DNA of 61,736 nucleotides from Jacunavirus JC01 (Duplodnaviria; Heunggongvirae; Uroviricota; Caudoviricetes; Casjensviridae), in the IMG/VR virus record IMGVR_UViG_2974716774_000001, positions 1 through 61,736 of that record. One strand, written 5' to 3'. Numbering within the stretch: position 1 is the first letter of the stretch; each line of letters begins with the position of its first letter. The translations under genes and the position numbers were made by a program. Below, piece by piece: positions 28,420-38,654 of this stretch. The notes beneath the pieces are model-generated. The model saw only the letters and a program-made list of their open reading frames with translations. It was not told the origin of the DNA and did not search any database.

Positions 28420-28650
28420 ATGTGGTTCGCACTGGCGGCACTGGTCATATCCATCATCCTGCAGGTCGCGCTGGCGCCGAAACCGACGCAGCCAAAACCG
28501 GCCACCTTCTCCGACTTCGATATCCCGCAGGCGGAAGAGGGTACACCGCAGGCCGTATGCTTCGGCGAATGCTGGAGTGGTGACTGGCAGGTACTTGCGT
28601 ACGGCAATTTCCGTACGAAGAAAGTCAAAGCTAAGCAGGCTAAAAAATGA
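28420..28650 (+). CDS. Small membrane protein (tail-associated, putative)
   Basis: 76-aa ORF with RBS AAGGAG; N-terminal hydrophobic helix WFALAALVISIILQVALA. Confidence 0.4.
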   Translation: MWFALAALVISIILQVALAPKPTQPKPATFSDFDIPQAEEGTPQAVCFGECWSGDWQVLAYGNFRTKKVKAKQAKK

Positions 28651-28868
28651 CAGATGAACCGCGTATCTACATGCGCCATGCGCGCGCTATGAACATCTGC
28701 GGCCCGGGCGTGGAGCGCATCGCCGAGCGCATGGGGGTCAACCTGATGGACTTCCTGGAGAACGGGTATCCGTGCGCACTGGCCGAGAAGTCCGCTAACC
28801 CGCTGCTGCGCAAGGCCGCGGCAATGGCACGCGAAGAGTGGGAGGCCGCACATGGGAAAGGCCAGTAA
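28647..28868 (+). CDS. Hypothetical protein
   Basis: 73-aa ORF overlapping neighbours by 4 and 17 nt in the tail tip operon. Confidence 0.35.
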   Translation: MTDEPRIYMRHARAMNICGPGVERIAERMGVNLMDFLENGYPCALAEKSANPLLRKAAAMAREEWEAAHGKGQ

Positions 28869-31800
28869 GGTTACAGTCGGCTACAAATATTATATGGGCC
28901 TGCACATGTCGATCTGCCGCGGGCCGGTCGACGAGCTGTGCGAGATTACCGTGGGCGATCGGCAGGCCTGGCAGGGCTCTGTCACCGGCAACACGCAATT
29001 CAGCATCAACAAAAAGAACCTTTTCGGCGGCACCAAAGCGGAAGGTGGCATCGACGGCACGCTGGACGTGATGATGGGCGGCGCTACCCAAACTATGTCG
29101 AGCAAGCTGCGCGCGATGCTGCAGGGCGATCAGCCGGAGTTTCGCGGCCTGATGACGACCTTCTTCGACGGCATGGTCTGCGCCATGTCGCCGTACCCGA
29201 AGGCCTGGAAGTTCCGCGTTCGTCGCATCCTGTCCGGCTGGGATGGCCCGGTGTGGTATCCGCAGAAGGCAACCATTAACCTGACCGGCTATTACGACGA
29301 TGGCTCCAGTCGCCAGATTAAGGCGATGAACCCGGTTCACATCATTTACGAAGCGCTGACTAACCGCGCGTGGGGGCTGGGCCGCGACCGCTCACTCTTC
29401 CTCGATGACGCGTGGCGTAAAGCTGCCGACGACATCTACGACGAAGGCTTCGGTCTGTGTATCCGCTGGGGGCGGCAGGACACGCTGATGTCATTCGTGC
29501 AGACGATTATCGACCACATCGGCTGCGCGGTATACGTGGACAAGTTCACCGGTAAATTCAAGATAAAGCTCATCCGCAACGACTATGACGCGGATTCTCT
29601 GCCCATAGTGGATATGGACTCCGGCCTGCTGTCTATCGACGAGGCGACCAACGCGTCGACGTATAACCTCATCAACGAAGTGATCGTCAACGCGCACAAC
29701 CCTGTCACCAACAAAGACTTTCAGGCCCGTCAGCACAACCTGGCGCTCATCCAGACGCAGGGCGCGCTGAACAGTGACACCCGCGACTACCCGGGCATCC
29801 CGACGCCGGAGCTGGCCATCCGCATCGCCCAGCGTGACCTGAAGGCGGCCTCGACCAACGTCCGGCGCTTCACCGTGACCGCCGACCGTCGGTTGTGGCG
29901 CCTGCAGCCCGGCGATGTCTTCAAGCTGCGTGACCCGCAAAGCCGCGGTATCGAGACTGTGGTCGTGCGCGTTGGCAAGGTGGAAGAGACTAACCAGACT
30001 GACGGCAGTATCAAAATCACTGCAGTGCAGGACGTCTTTGGCGTTGAGCTGAATACCTTCGCTGACGTTCAGCCGCCATCCCACGTCGAGCCGACTTTCG
30101 ACCCGCAGCTGGCCCGTCGTCTGGTTTACGAGTACACCTACGCCGAGCTGGCCCGCCTGCTGCCCACCGGTGAGTTCGAGGCTATCAAACCGGCGGAAGG
30201 CTTTGTCCACGCCCATGCGGAGAAGCCGACGGCCATGTCTGCCGGTGCTGACCTCGCGGTGCGCCCGGAGGGCCAGGCTAACTTCGTCGTTAACGGCACC
30301 ACCGACTTCACGCCACTGGCCGAGCTGCAGAACCAGATTGGCTACCTCGACACGCAGCTGCAGTATTACCGCGAGATTGACTTCGACGATGACGAAGAGG
30401 TGTATGTCGGCATGTCGCTGCTGATCGGCGATGGCCAGAAGAACGAAATAGTGCGTCTCGATGCGCTTGACCGCACCACGAAGACGATGACTATCGCGCG
30501 TGGCTGCTGGGATACTATCCCGCAGCGGCATTTCGGCGGCGCGCTTATCTGGGCTATCGAGGATAACGGCGGCACCGACGCGACGAAGTACCTGTCCGGC
30601 GAGACCGTCGACGTCAAGATCCTCCCGTTCACCCTGCGCGGCGGCAGCTACCCTATCGACGAAGCGCCGATTGACAGCGTGCTCATGCGCCATCGCTTCT
30701 TCCGGCCGTACGCGCCCGGGCTGGTGGAGGTCGAGACAATCGCCCGTGGCAGCAAAGCGCCGTGGTACGTCTCTTTCGACCTGCGGGCTGACGTCGGCTC
30801 AAACGAGGTGCCGGACTTCGCGCTCATCACCTGGGCTCACCGCGATCGCCCGGTGCAGCAGGATAAGCTGATTGACCACATGCAGACCAGCATCGGGCCG
30901 GAACCGGGCACGACGTATCGCCTGCGTGTCTTCAACGCCACTGGCGCGCTGGTACGCACCGAAACCGGCATCACCGGCACGCAGTTCGCCTATACCTACC
31001 AGATGGCCGCTGATGACACGCAGGTGGAGCTGGAAGCCACAGAGTCGACCTTCGGCACCATCTTCCTCGATGCGCAGCGTGACGGCGTGGATTCGTGGAT
31101 GTACTACACGCTGACGTTCACCGTTCACAAGAAGCCGCCGCAAAACGGCGAGGTGGCGCTGCTCTCGATGCAGACGACCGCCGATGACACCGACATGACC
31201 TCCAACCCGGATAACGACCTCTCCGGCGCGCAGGTGTCGAGTATGCAGATGAACGCGACGCAGGATGACTCGGATATCGCGACAGGCGACGACAACACCG
31301 GCGGCCAGGTGGCGCTGATGAGCGAGAACGCCACGCAGACCACGAAGATCCTGCCGACCATCGACTTCTACCTGTACGAAGCGCCCTACCTGACGCTGGC
31401 GCGGGAAGGCCGCGATTTGACGCATTCCCAGATGCTCGGCTTCGTTGCGCGACCGTCTGACCGTGCTACCGATGGCTACGACTTCTGTGACCGCCTGCAG
31501 GGCGAAGAGGCCTGGCACAATAACGGCGCCGCGCCGTGGACTCCGTGGGGCGTGCTGAAGGGCTTCATGGCGCAGCTGACCAACGAGTTTGAAGTCGACC
31601 TGACCAGCGATACTGATGGCGTGCCGATCGGCTCCGTCCAGCAGGGCGACGTGCTGCTCATCGACAACGAGCTGATGGTCGTGCAGTCTGTCGACGGAAA
31701 ACGCTTCACCGTTGGCCGCGGTGCCGTGGATACCGTACCGGCCATCCACTACGCGAAAGTCGTGGTATGGCTGTTTGACCGCGCGCACGCTGCTGCCGAC

Positions 31801-32670
31801 AGGCTTTACGGCGACAACGACGTGGCCAACGCCGTCATCAGGCCACACAGCTTCGCCGAGGCTATCCGCCCTGAGGATATGCCGTTTAAGCAGCTGCAGA
31901 TGCAGTACCGGCCAATCCGGCCATACCCGCCGGGCATGTTGCTGTTTAACGGCCAGCACTGGTTCAAGCGCATCAACGCACTGGCAGACGAGAACTACGA
32001 GAAGCCGCAGGGCAAGCCGGTCATCGTGACCTGGGCGCACCGTAACCGCATCTGGCAGGACGACGAAGCGTACGACCACTACGCCACGGGCATCCCGCCG
32101 GAGCCGGGTGTGGAGTACCGTATCTGGATTGGGTACCGGTACATCGAGAATCGCCAGGAAGTGAAGGTCACTCTCGATACGCTGGTGACGTCGGATGCCG
32201 GTATCACGTTCACCAAAGAGATGGTAGAGCGCTGGGGCGAGAAAGCTGGCCGCTTCCTACAGTCTCCCGGCTTTGTCGGCGTAGAGGTGGCAGTCAACGC
32301 AGTGCGGGATGGCGTGTTTAACTGGCAGGGCTACGGCGCGCAGATGCTGCTGCCGTCTTACCCGCTGAGCCCGGGCGAGAAGCCTGGCGGCGGCACGGTT
32401 CCGCCAGACCCGGAATACCCGCAGCCCGGCGACCCGACGCCTAACCCGAACGACCCGGATCCAAACCCGAACCCGGGCGACGGCAATGGCGACACCGACC
32501 CGCTGCCAGACCCGGGCAACCCAGACCCGAATCCGGATCCGGAAGTGCCGGACACTGACCCACCGGCGCCAGAACCGGAGCCGGAGCCAGACCCGGAGAA
32601 CGTATTCGGCTGGTCGAACAACTGGGATCACGGCTGGGCATCGAAACTGCCTGACCAGAACGGAGAATAA
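28852..32670 (+). CDS. Tail tip central fibre / host specificity protein (lambda gpJ-like)
   Basis: 1272-aa ORF; internal region ELAIRIAQRDL...RRLWRLQPGDVF resembles the gpJ pattern; C-terminal Pro/Asp/Asn-rich low-complexity linker. Confidence 0.65.
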   Translation: MGKASKVTVGYKYYMGLHMSICRGPVDELCEITVGDRQAWQGSVTGNTQFSINKKNLFGGTKAEGGIDGTLDVMMGGATQTMSSKLRAMLQGDQPEFRGLMTTFFDGMVCAMSPYPKAWKFRVRRILSGWDGPVWYPQKATINLTGYYDDGSSRQIKAMNPVHIIYEALTNRAWGLGRDRSLFLDDAWRKAADDIYDEGFGLCIRWGRQDTLMSFVQTIIDHIGCAVYVDKFTGKFKIKLIRNDYDADSLPIVDMDSGLLSIDEATNASTYNLINEVIVNAHNPVTNKDFQARQHNLALIQTQGALNSDTRDYPGIPTPELAIRIAQRDLKAASTNVRRFTVTADRRLWRLQPGDVFKLRDPQSRGIETVVVRVGKVEETNQTDGSIKITAVQDVFGVELNTFADVQPPSHVEPTFDPQLARRLVYEYTYAELARLLPTGEFEAIKPAEGFVHAHAEKPTAMSAGADLAVRPEGQANFVVNGTTDFTPLAELQNQIGYLDTQLQYYREIDFDDDEEVYVGMSLLIGDGQKNEIVRLDALDRTTKTMTIARGCWDTIPQRHFGGALIWAIEDNGGTDATKYLSGETVDVKILPFTLRGGSYPIDEAPIDSVLMRHRFFRPYAPGLVEVETIARGSKAPWYVSFDLRADVGSNEVPDFALITWAHRDRPVQQDKLIDHMQTSIGPEPGTTYRLRVFNATGALVRTETGITGTQFAYTYQMAADDTQVELEATESTFGTIFLDAQRDGVDSWMYYTLTFTVHKKPPQNGEVALLSMQTTADDTDMTSNPDNDLSGAQVSSMQMNATQDDSDIATGDDNTGGQVALMSENATQTTKILPTIDFYLYEAPYLTLAREGRDLTHSQMLGFVARPSDRATDGYDFCDRLQGEEAWHNNGAAPWTPWGVLKGFMAQLTNEFEVDLTSDTDGVPIGSVQQGDVLLIDNELMVVQSVDGKRFTVGRGAVDTVPAIHYAKVVVWLFDRAHAAADRLYGDNDVANAVIRPHSFAEAIRPEDMPFKQLQMQYRPIRPYPPGMLLFNGQHWFKRINALADENYEKPQGKPVIVTWAHRNRIWQDDEAYDHYATGIPPEPGVEYRIWIGYRYIENRQEVKVTLDTLVTSDAGITFTKEMVERWGEKAGRFLQSPGFVGVEVAVNAVRDGVFNWQGYGAQMLLPSYPLSPGEKPGGGTVPPDPEYPQPGDPTPNPNDPDPNPNPGDGNGDTDPLPDPGNPDPNPDPEVPDTDPPAPEPEPEPDPENVFGWSNNWDHGWASKLPDQNGE

Positions 32671-32672
32671 TC

Positions 32673-33410
32673 ATGCCATTAAAAAATGCCCCGAGTCAGG
32701 GGCTTAACTACGGATGGGTGCGCGGCGAGGACTACTGGGGCGGCCCGGTCAACGACGACCTTATCTTCCTCGATACGCTGCTGCACCCTGTCGTCAGGTC
32801 AATGTCTTTCAGCTCGCCACCAGCCGATGCCGTGCCGGGCGACCGCTTCATCGTGGCGGCCAACCCGACAGGCCCGTGGGTGAACCACGCGGGGGATCTG
32901 GCGGCGCTGGTGGAAGGCACATGGGTTTTCTATAAACCGAAGACCGGCTGGCGTCTGCGCCTGCTCTCCACGAATCAGTTCGTCTGGTACAACGGGGATA
33001 ACTGGCAGGATGAGGTGACAGGGGATGACCCGGTTAACCCCGGGCCGGATCCAACGGTCAAGCCGACAGCGTACGACATCGCGGTGACAGTGAGCGACGC
33101 CATGTACCCGGACGAGGCGCTGGTGCATATGCCTCTGCTCGATGCGATGATGCTCCCGGCCAACATGGCAGACAGCTCGCTCGACATGCTACAGTCGTCT
33201 CAGGTTTACGCGCAGATGCGAGTGCAGAGGAACGGCACCAACGTGGGCACCATTACCGTTGAGGCAGGCTCGTACAATGCCACCTTCGCCACGGCCGGTG
33301 GAAACGCCGTTCCCTTCGCCAAAGGGGATCGCCTGACTATCCGTGGCCCGGCAGTCGCGGTGGACGCATTCAAGAATTTTGGATTCGTCATCCGCCTGAA
33401 ATTCGTGTGA
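32673..33410 (+). CDS. Hypothetical tail-associated protein
   Basis: 245-aa ORF with RBS GGAG directly after the gpJ-like gene. Confidence 0.45.
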   Translation: MPLKNAPSQGLNYGWVRGEDYWGGPVNDDLIFLDTLLHPVVRSMSFSSPPADAVPGDRFIVAANPTGPWVNHAGDLAALVEGTWVFYKPKTGWRLRLLSTNQFVWYNGDNWQDEVTGDDPVNPGPDPTVKPTAYDIAVTVSDAMYPDEALVHMPLLDAMMLPANMADSSLDMLQSSQVYAQMRVQRNGTNVGTITVEAGSYNATFATAGGNAVPFAKGDRLTIRGPAVAVDAFKNFGFVIRLKFV

Positions 33411-33417
33411 GGAAAGC

Positions 33418-34371
33418 ATGGCCACCTTTATCGACGGCTTTGAACAGTTTGACGGCGACCGCACTGCGGCGCTGATGCGCATGGCAGGCTACTCCGTCGG
33501 CGGTGTCACCCTGGCGGCGGGCAGGAAGGGCAACAGCCGCTCGGTCAGCTGCTACCGCGCCACGCTCTCCCGGGCATGGTCGATGGTCGACAATCTCCTG
33601 ACGCTGGGCTTCGCGGTCAAATTCGACCAGCGTGGCCCGCTGCTGTCCGTGGGATCCGGCGCGAACCAGCTGTACCTGTGGGTAGACCCGGAGACCGGGC
33701 TGGTTAACCTCGGCACTGGCCTGGCGGCCGGTACGCCGGGATACATCAACCCGCTGAAAAACCGCTGGTACTACTTCGAGCTGCAGCTGGACAAGTCCAC
33801 CAGCAAAGCGACGCTGTTCGTGAATGGCAAACAGGACATCTCGATACCGCTGCCATCCTTCATCACCGGCAACCTGACCGTGCTGCTCAACCCGTTTCAG
33901 CTCTTCGTGGCGCCGAAGGAGGACTACGGCACGCGGCTCTACGACGACCTGTACCTCAACGACGGCCCGCGGCTCGGCCCGATTCAGGTCACGTCGCGTT
34001 TCGCCACGGCGGATGGCAGCAAGACCGGCTGGAGTTTTGACGGTGCTGCTACGCGCTGGCAGGCGGTGTCGCCGCCGATTAACGAGCTGGACAAGTTTAT
34101 CTACACGGCGATCGACGGGAACGAGAACAGCTTCATCTCCGGCACCTCGCTGCCGGACAATAACCCTATCCGGTACCTGCAGCTGGTAACGCTCTTCAGG
34201 AAGGCCACGTCTGACCCGATGAGCCTCGACTTTAACATCGGCAGCCAGGTGAAACGTGAGTCAAACATCAGCCGCGACTGGACGTTCCGATATACGATGA
34301 TGAGCGCGTCGGGGTATGATGCCGACAGCATTAAGGCCGCCGAGTTCGGCGTCAAACTGATTCTGGGGTAA
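33418..34371 (+). CDS. Paralog 1 of a five-member tandem family (putative lectin-like tail fibre/decoration protein)
   Basis: 317 aa; N-terminal M-x-x-F-I-D-G-F-E; internal RWYYFELQL...LFVNGK; RBS GAGGAAAG. Confidence 0.55.
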   Translation: MATFIDGFEQFDGDRTAALMRMAGYSVGGVTLAAGRKGNSRSVSCYRATLSRAWSMVDNLLTLGFAVKFDQRGPLLSVGSGANQLYLWVDPETGLVNLGTGLAAGTPGYINPLKNRWYYFELQLDKSTSKATLFVNGKQDISIPLPSFITGNLTVLLNPFQLFVAPKEDYGTRLYDDLYLNDGPRLGPIQVTSRFATADGSKTGWSFDGAATRWQAVSPPINELDKFIYTAIDGNENSFISGTSLPDNNPIRYLQLVTLFRKATSDPMSLDFNIGSQVKRESNISRDWTFRYTMMSASGYDADSIKAAEFGVKLILG

Positions 34372-34375
34372 ACAC

Positions 34376-35353
34376 ATGCTGATTTTTATGGATGGCTTCG
34401 AGCAGCTGAGAGACACGGTGGCCTCCGGCTCGCCTTCCCCGCTGCTGACAGTTCTCAACGCCTCCGGCTACACCGCCTCAGGCAATATCACCGTTGACCC
34501 AGCGCGCGTTCAGACGTCGCGCTGCCTGACGCTGGTGGACACGGCGACGCTGAAGCGCACCTTCACCTCGACGCAGGGCAAGGTCGTTATCGGCTTTGCG
34601 TACAAAGGCGGCACCCGCACGGATATCACGAATATCACGAACGTCGGCGCGCTGCAGTGGGATGCGACCACGGGCAAGCTGAAGATGGCCAATGGCACCG
34701 GCACGGCCACGGTGCTGCTGGACACGTGGTATTACTACGAGATTGTGATCGACAAGGCGAACCAGCTACTGCAGGTCTTCGTGAATAACGGAAAAGACAT
34801 CGAGGTCGGGCTACCGGCCAGCGCGCAGAACCTGTCGACATTTGAGTGCCTGTGGGCTGGCGCCGCGGCCGATAACAAAGGCGTTGATGACCTGTACTTC
34901 GTCGACAGCGCCACCGGCCGCTACGTTGACCGCATGGGGCCGATAGCCATTACCGCCCGCCTGCCCACGCAGGACGTCGACAAAGAATGGTCGCCTTCCA
35001 GCGGCACCGACCACTGGGATCTCGTCAATAACATGCCGCCGGTCGACGACCAGTATGTCCAGTCAAACACCTCCGGCGCGACTGACACGTACCTCTCGAA
35101 CGTCGGTCTGCCTCAGGGCGCCGCGATCCTGGCCGTCGGCATCACGGCGCTGAATAAGAAGTCCGATATCGACGCCCGGCAGCTGGGGCTGGTCATCGGG
35201 CGCAAGGGCCAGACGCAGAAGGAAAAGGTGGACACTCAGCTCTCCACCAGCCCAAAATACAGTTACGCCGTCTTCGAGACCGCGCCGGACAACACGGCGT
35301 GGACGGATGAAAGCGTGACCTCAGTACCGTTCGGCGTCGTCGTGCGCCCATAA
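34376..35353 (+). CDS. Paralog 2 of the tandem family
   Basis: 325 aa; N-terminal MLIFMDGFEQ; TWYYYEIVID...VFVNNGK; YVQSNTSGATD motif. Confidence 0.55.
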   Translation: MLIFMDGFEQLRDTVASGSPSPLLTVLNASGYTASGNITVDPARVQTSRCLTLVDTATLKRTFTSTQGKVVIGFAYKGGTRTDITNITNVGALQWDATTGKLKMANGTGTATVLLDTWYYYEIVIDKANQLLQVFVNNGKDIEVGLPASAQNLSTFECLWAGAAADNKGVDDLYFVDSATGRYVDRMGPIAITARLPTQDVDKEWSPSSGTDHWDLVNNMPPVDDQYVQSNTSGATDTYLSNVGLPQGAAILAVGITALNKKSDIDARQLGLVIGRKGQTQKEKVDTQLSTSPKYSYAVFETAPDNTAWTDESVTSVPFGVVVRP

Positions 35354-35366
35354 CAGGAGAAACACA

Positions 35367-36392
35367 ATGTCTCTTAAATTTCAGGACGGCTTCGACCACT
35401 ACGCCGCAACCGGAGTTAAGGGCGCGACGCTTCAGCCGTATCTCACCGATAACGGCTACGATGTGCGTAACGCCTCCGACACCACGTTCGCCGTGGTTGA
35501 TGGTCGACGTGCTGGCGCGCGGGCGCTGCAGTTCACCGTGGCGCGAAACTCAACGACGAACGCGTCGCTGTCGTGGGGCTTCACCTATCAGGGCGACTAC
35601 GCCTGCTTCGGCTTTGCGATGAAGGCCAGCGGCTCCCGTATGCGCATCTGCCGCATCGAGAACGTCATCGACGTCGACTGGGATGCCACTACCGGCAAAA
35701 TCAGCGTGGCGGGCCAGCTGGGCGTTAACCCGCTCATCCTGAACGACTGGTACTACTTCGAGATTGAATGCGACTTCACCGCGAATAACGTTAAGATCTG
35801 GGCGAACAACGAACTGCAGCTGACCGTGGATATCTCGTCCGTCGCGAAGCCCGCGAAAGCGACTATCGTGTGGGGCCAGGTAGGCACCGCGCCGGATGCT
35901 GGCGTGCAGATCCTGGATGACTTCTACGCGCTCGATGCCGGTGGCACCTCCAATACCGCACGCCTGTCGCCGATTGAAGTCGTGACCCGTGCGCCGTCAG
36001 CCGACATCACGACCCAGTGGGAGATCGTGAACGCTACGGCAGGCACGCCGCACTACCAGATCGCCGGGCAGCTGGAGCCGAACAAAGCGGGCGCGCCGTA
36101 CCTGCAGTCGAACACCGCTGGCGCCACTGACCTGTTCCGCTCCAACACCGCGCTGCCGACAGACAACACGGTCTTTGCGGTCTCCGTCATCGCGTACGCT
36201 CGCAAGGGCGACGTGGACGACCGCAAACTCGGTCTGCTGATCCAGCCTGAGGGCGGCTCTGAGTCCGAGACGCAGGTGCCGCTGACGGAGGCCTTCAAGT
36301 ATTACCAGCAGACCTTCGATAAAACGCCGAGCGGCGGCGCGTGGAATAAGAACATTGTAGAGTCGCTGCAGTTCGGCATCCGCACGCGCTAA
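35367..36392 (+). CDS. Paralog 3 of the tandem family
   Basis: 341 aa; N-terminal MSLKFQDGFDHYA; DWYYFEIECD...IWANN; YLQSNTAGATD motif; RBS AGGAGAAA. Confidence 0.55.
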   Translation: MSLKFQDGFDHYAATGVKGATLQPYLTDNGYDVRNASDTTFAVVDGRRAGARALQFTVARNSTTNASLSWGFTYQGDYACFGFAMKASGSRMRICRIENVIDVDWDATTGKISVAGQLGVNPLILNDWYYFEIECDFTANNVKIWANNELQLTVDISSVAKPAKATIVWGQVGTAPDAGVQILDDFYALDAGGTSNTARLSPIEVVTRAPSADITTQWEIVNATAGTPHYQIAGQLEPNKAGAPYLQSNTAGATDLFRSNTALPTDNTVFAVSVIAYARKGDVDDRKLGLLIQPEGGSESETQVPLTEAFKYYQQTFDKTPSGGAWNKNIVESLQFGIRTR

Positions 36393-36401
36393 GGAGCCAG
36401 C

Positions 36402-37559
36402 ATGGCCATTCTTTTCGTTGAAGGCTTTACCGGCGTGCCGCGCGTCGCAAACGGCGGGTGGGCAAACACCCATCCGCTGTACGCGCTGGGCTGGACGCTG
36501 AACGCCAAATACAACGGCTCCAGCGCCGTATCTGCGTCCGATGGCAACGTGGTGGCCAGCGTAGAGGCAGACCCGACGTTCGCCACGCGCAGTCAGGTGT
36601 CGCTGCAGAAAACGTCGGCGAATGGTTCGCTGTCGCTGGTGCAGCAGATGACGCAGGCTTTCGACACCTCCGGGTATCAGAAGTACGTCATCGGCGGGAT
36701 GTTCCTGGTGAGCCAGACGGACACCTCAGCGGCAGGCGGCTACGTGGTTATTTCGGGCGCTGTGCAGTTCCCAAGCTCCCAGGGCAGCTTCCCTACGGCT
36801 GACATCCTTGCGCAGTTCTACGTGCCGAATAACGGGGCTGACGGCACCGCGTCTGCGACCATTGTCAGTCAGTCGCTCGTCACGCCGCTGCTGAAGAAGG
36901 ACAAGTGGACGCACTTCGAGGTTTTCGTCGAACAGGACACCGACCGCATTCGCGCCTACCTCGATGGCACGCTGGTGCTGGACTACACCTACACCGGCAC
37001 CTTCGGCTCGGCAACCGGCGGACTCAGCCTGACGGCGTTGCGCTCCACGGCACAGACGGGCGTCTTCACCACGAAATTCTCTAACGTCTACATGCTGGGC
37101 TGCGACGACGTTCATACTGGCCCTCTCGGCCCGGGTGCCCGCGTGCTGGAAGTGGCGCCAGCGGCTGACTTCGCCGTGACGTGGGGCCGTCCTGCCAGCT
37201 TTGCGAGCAACGCCGCGGTGCTGCAGCAGGCCTTCAACGCCGCCGCGCCGTCGTTTCTGACCACGGCCGATACCACGCCAGACCTGTACAAAGGCCCGGA
37301 CGCAGTGGCGGCTAACGCGGCTACGGTGTACGGCGTGGCCATGAAAGTGAACGCGATGACAATGGCCGAGGGCAACCACGCGATCGCGGCCGCCGCGCAG
37401 TACGGCACCAGCAGCTCCGTGGGGCCGCGCAGCTACAACCTGCAGCTGGGTACGCTCAAGCCGCTGGTGCTGGACATCTCGAAGAACCCGGCAACGGCCG
37501 AGCGCTGGACACCTTCGGAAATCACCGCGGCCGGTATCGGCATCAAGATGCTTAACTAA
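36402..37559 (+). CDS. Paralog 4 of the tandem family (more divergent)
   Basis: 385 aa; N-terminal MAILFVEGFTG; KWTHFEVFVEQD...YLDG; RBS context TAAGGAGCCAGCATGG shared with paralog 5. Confidence 0.5.
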   Translation: MAILFVEGFTGVPRVANGGWANTHPLYALGWTLNAKYNGSSAVSASDGNVVASVEADPTFATRSQVSLQKTSANGSLSLVQQMTQAFDTSGYQKYVIGGMFLVSQTDTSAAGGYVVISGAVQFPSSQGSFPTADILAQFYVPNNGADGTASATIVSQSLVTPLLKKDKWTHFEVFVEQDTDRIRAYLDGTLVLDYTYTGTFGSATGGLSLTALRSTAQTGVFTTKFSNVYMLGCDDVHTGPLGPGARVLEVAPAADFAVTWGRPASFASNAAVLQQAFNAAAPSFLTTADTTPDLYKGPDAVAANAATVYGVAMKVNAMTMAEGNHAIAAAAQYGTSSSVGPRSYNLQLGTLKPLVLDISKNPATAERWTPSEITAAGIGIKMLN

Positions 37560-37568
37560 GGAGCCAGC

Positions 37569-38645
37569 ATGGGCGTCACCCTGATGGAAAACTTTGACTG
37601 TGACGTGGGCGCGCTGGTGGAGCGGGGCTGGGTTATGCCCGCCACCACGACGAACGTCTTCACAGCCATTGAGCAGTTCACTGAGAACGGCATCACCCGA
37701 AACTGCTTCCGCCACAGCATGTCGATGAGCTATTACGGCTTCGGCGCGTTCTACCCGTTCCGCATCCCGCTGCCCGCATCGAAAGAGTTTTTCGTGTCAT
37801 TCCGGATGCGCTACCCGAACGCCTCCCGTATCAACTCGTCAACCGCATGGAGCGTCTCTACTAACAGTGGGCGTTCAGCCGCGAACCTGGTGCTGGAGGT
37901 CTACCCGGCCGATGCTTATTCCAGCGTCTACCTGAAGAACAACGGACAGGTGGCGGGGTCTCCCAGCTACCGGTTCAACCATCAGACGTGGGCGACCATT
38001 GAGATGCAGCGCAAAGCGGACGGCTCGACGAAGGTGTGGGTGGACGACATGCTGCTCTACAGCGCAAACGCAAACACCACGGCCTCGGCGGACAACTACC
38101 TGTACATGGGCGTGGTCAATGCCGGGCAGGGCAGCACGATTGATGGATATCAGATAGCCGACGTCGTTGTCATTGACCCGACCACGGCAGGCCTGCAGAA
38201 TCGACCGGGATCCAGTGAGCGCGTATTGTCGCTGGCCGCAAGTGCCGATGTGCTGGCACAATGGACGGCGATCGGCGGCGCCACCGAGCCGCACAACCAG
38301 CTGATGAAAAACTATCCGGCCACGGTGGATACGACGAAAGTGCTGCAGGGCGACACCGCAGGGCAGCGCGAGCAATACAGCCTCGCGGATTTCCCGGCAG
38401 GCTTTGGCACGCAGCTGCTGACGCTCGGCTTTGAGCAGCGCGCGAACAACCCTGGCAGCTCGCCGCACGTCTTCACTACCGAAGTGGATCTGGGTGCCGG
38501 GCCTGTCGGTGTCGCAGATAACACCGTGGCACCCGGCGCAACGTACAGCTATCGCCCGGTGTACGTGGCCTCAAAGCCCGGCGGCGGTACATGGACAGCG
38601 GCGGACATCCCGGCGCTGAAGATAGGCTTCTCCGTTAAGTCATAA
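37569..38645 (+). CDS. Paralog 5 of the tandem family (more divergent)
   Basis: 358 aa; N-terminal MGVTLMENFD; QTWATIEMQRK...VWVDD; same RBS context as paralog 4. Confidence 0.5.
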   Translation: MGVTLMENFDCDVGALVERGWVMPATTTNVFTAIEQFTENGITRNCFRHSMSMSYYGFGAFYPFRIPLPASKEFFVSFRMRYPNASRINSSTAWSVSTNSGRSAANLVLEVYPADAYSSVYLKNNGQVAGSPSYRFNHQTWATIEMQRKADGSTKVWVDDMLLYSANANTTASADNYLYMGVVNAGQGSTIDGYQIADVVVIDPTTAGLQNRPGSSERVLSLAASADVLAQWTAIGGATEPHNQLMKNYPATVDTTKVLQGDTAGQREQYSLADFPAGFGTQLLTLGFEQRANNPGSSPHVFTTEVDLGAGPVGVADNTVAPGATYSYRPVYVASKPGGGTWTAADIPALKIGFSVKS

Positions 38646-38654
38646 GGCGCATAT

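Noticed and set aside
32257-32674. Several overlapping ORFs on both strands (Gly/Ser-rich or Arg-rich translations) at the end of the gpJ-like gene
   Set aside because: Artefacts of the repetitive Pro/Asp/Asn linker-coding DNA
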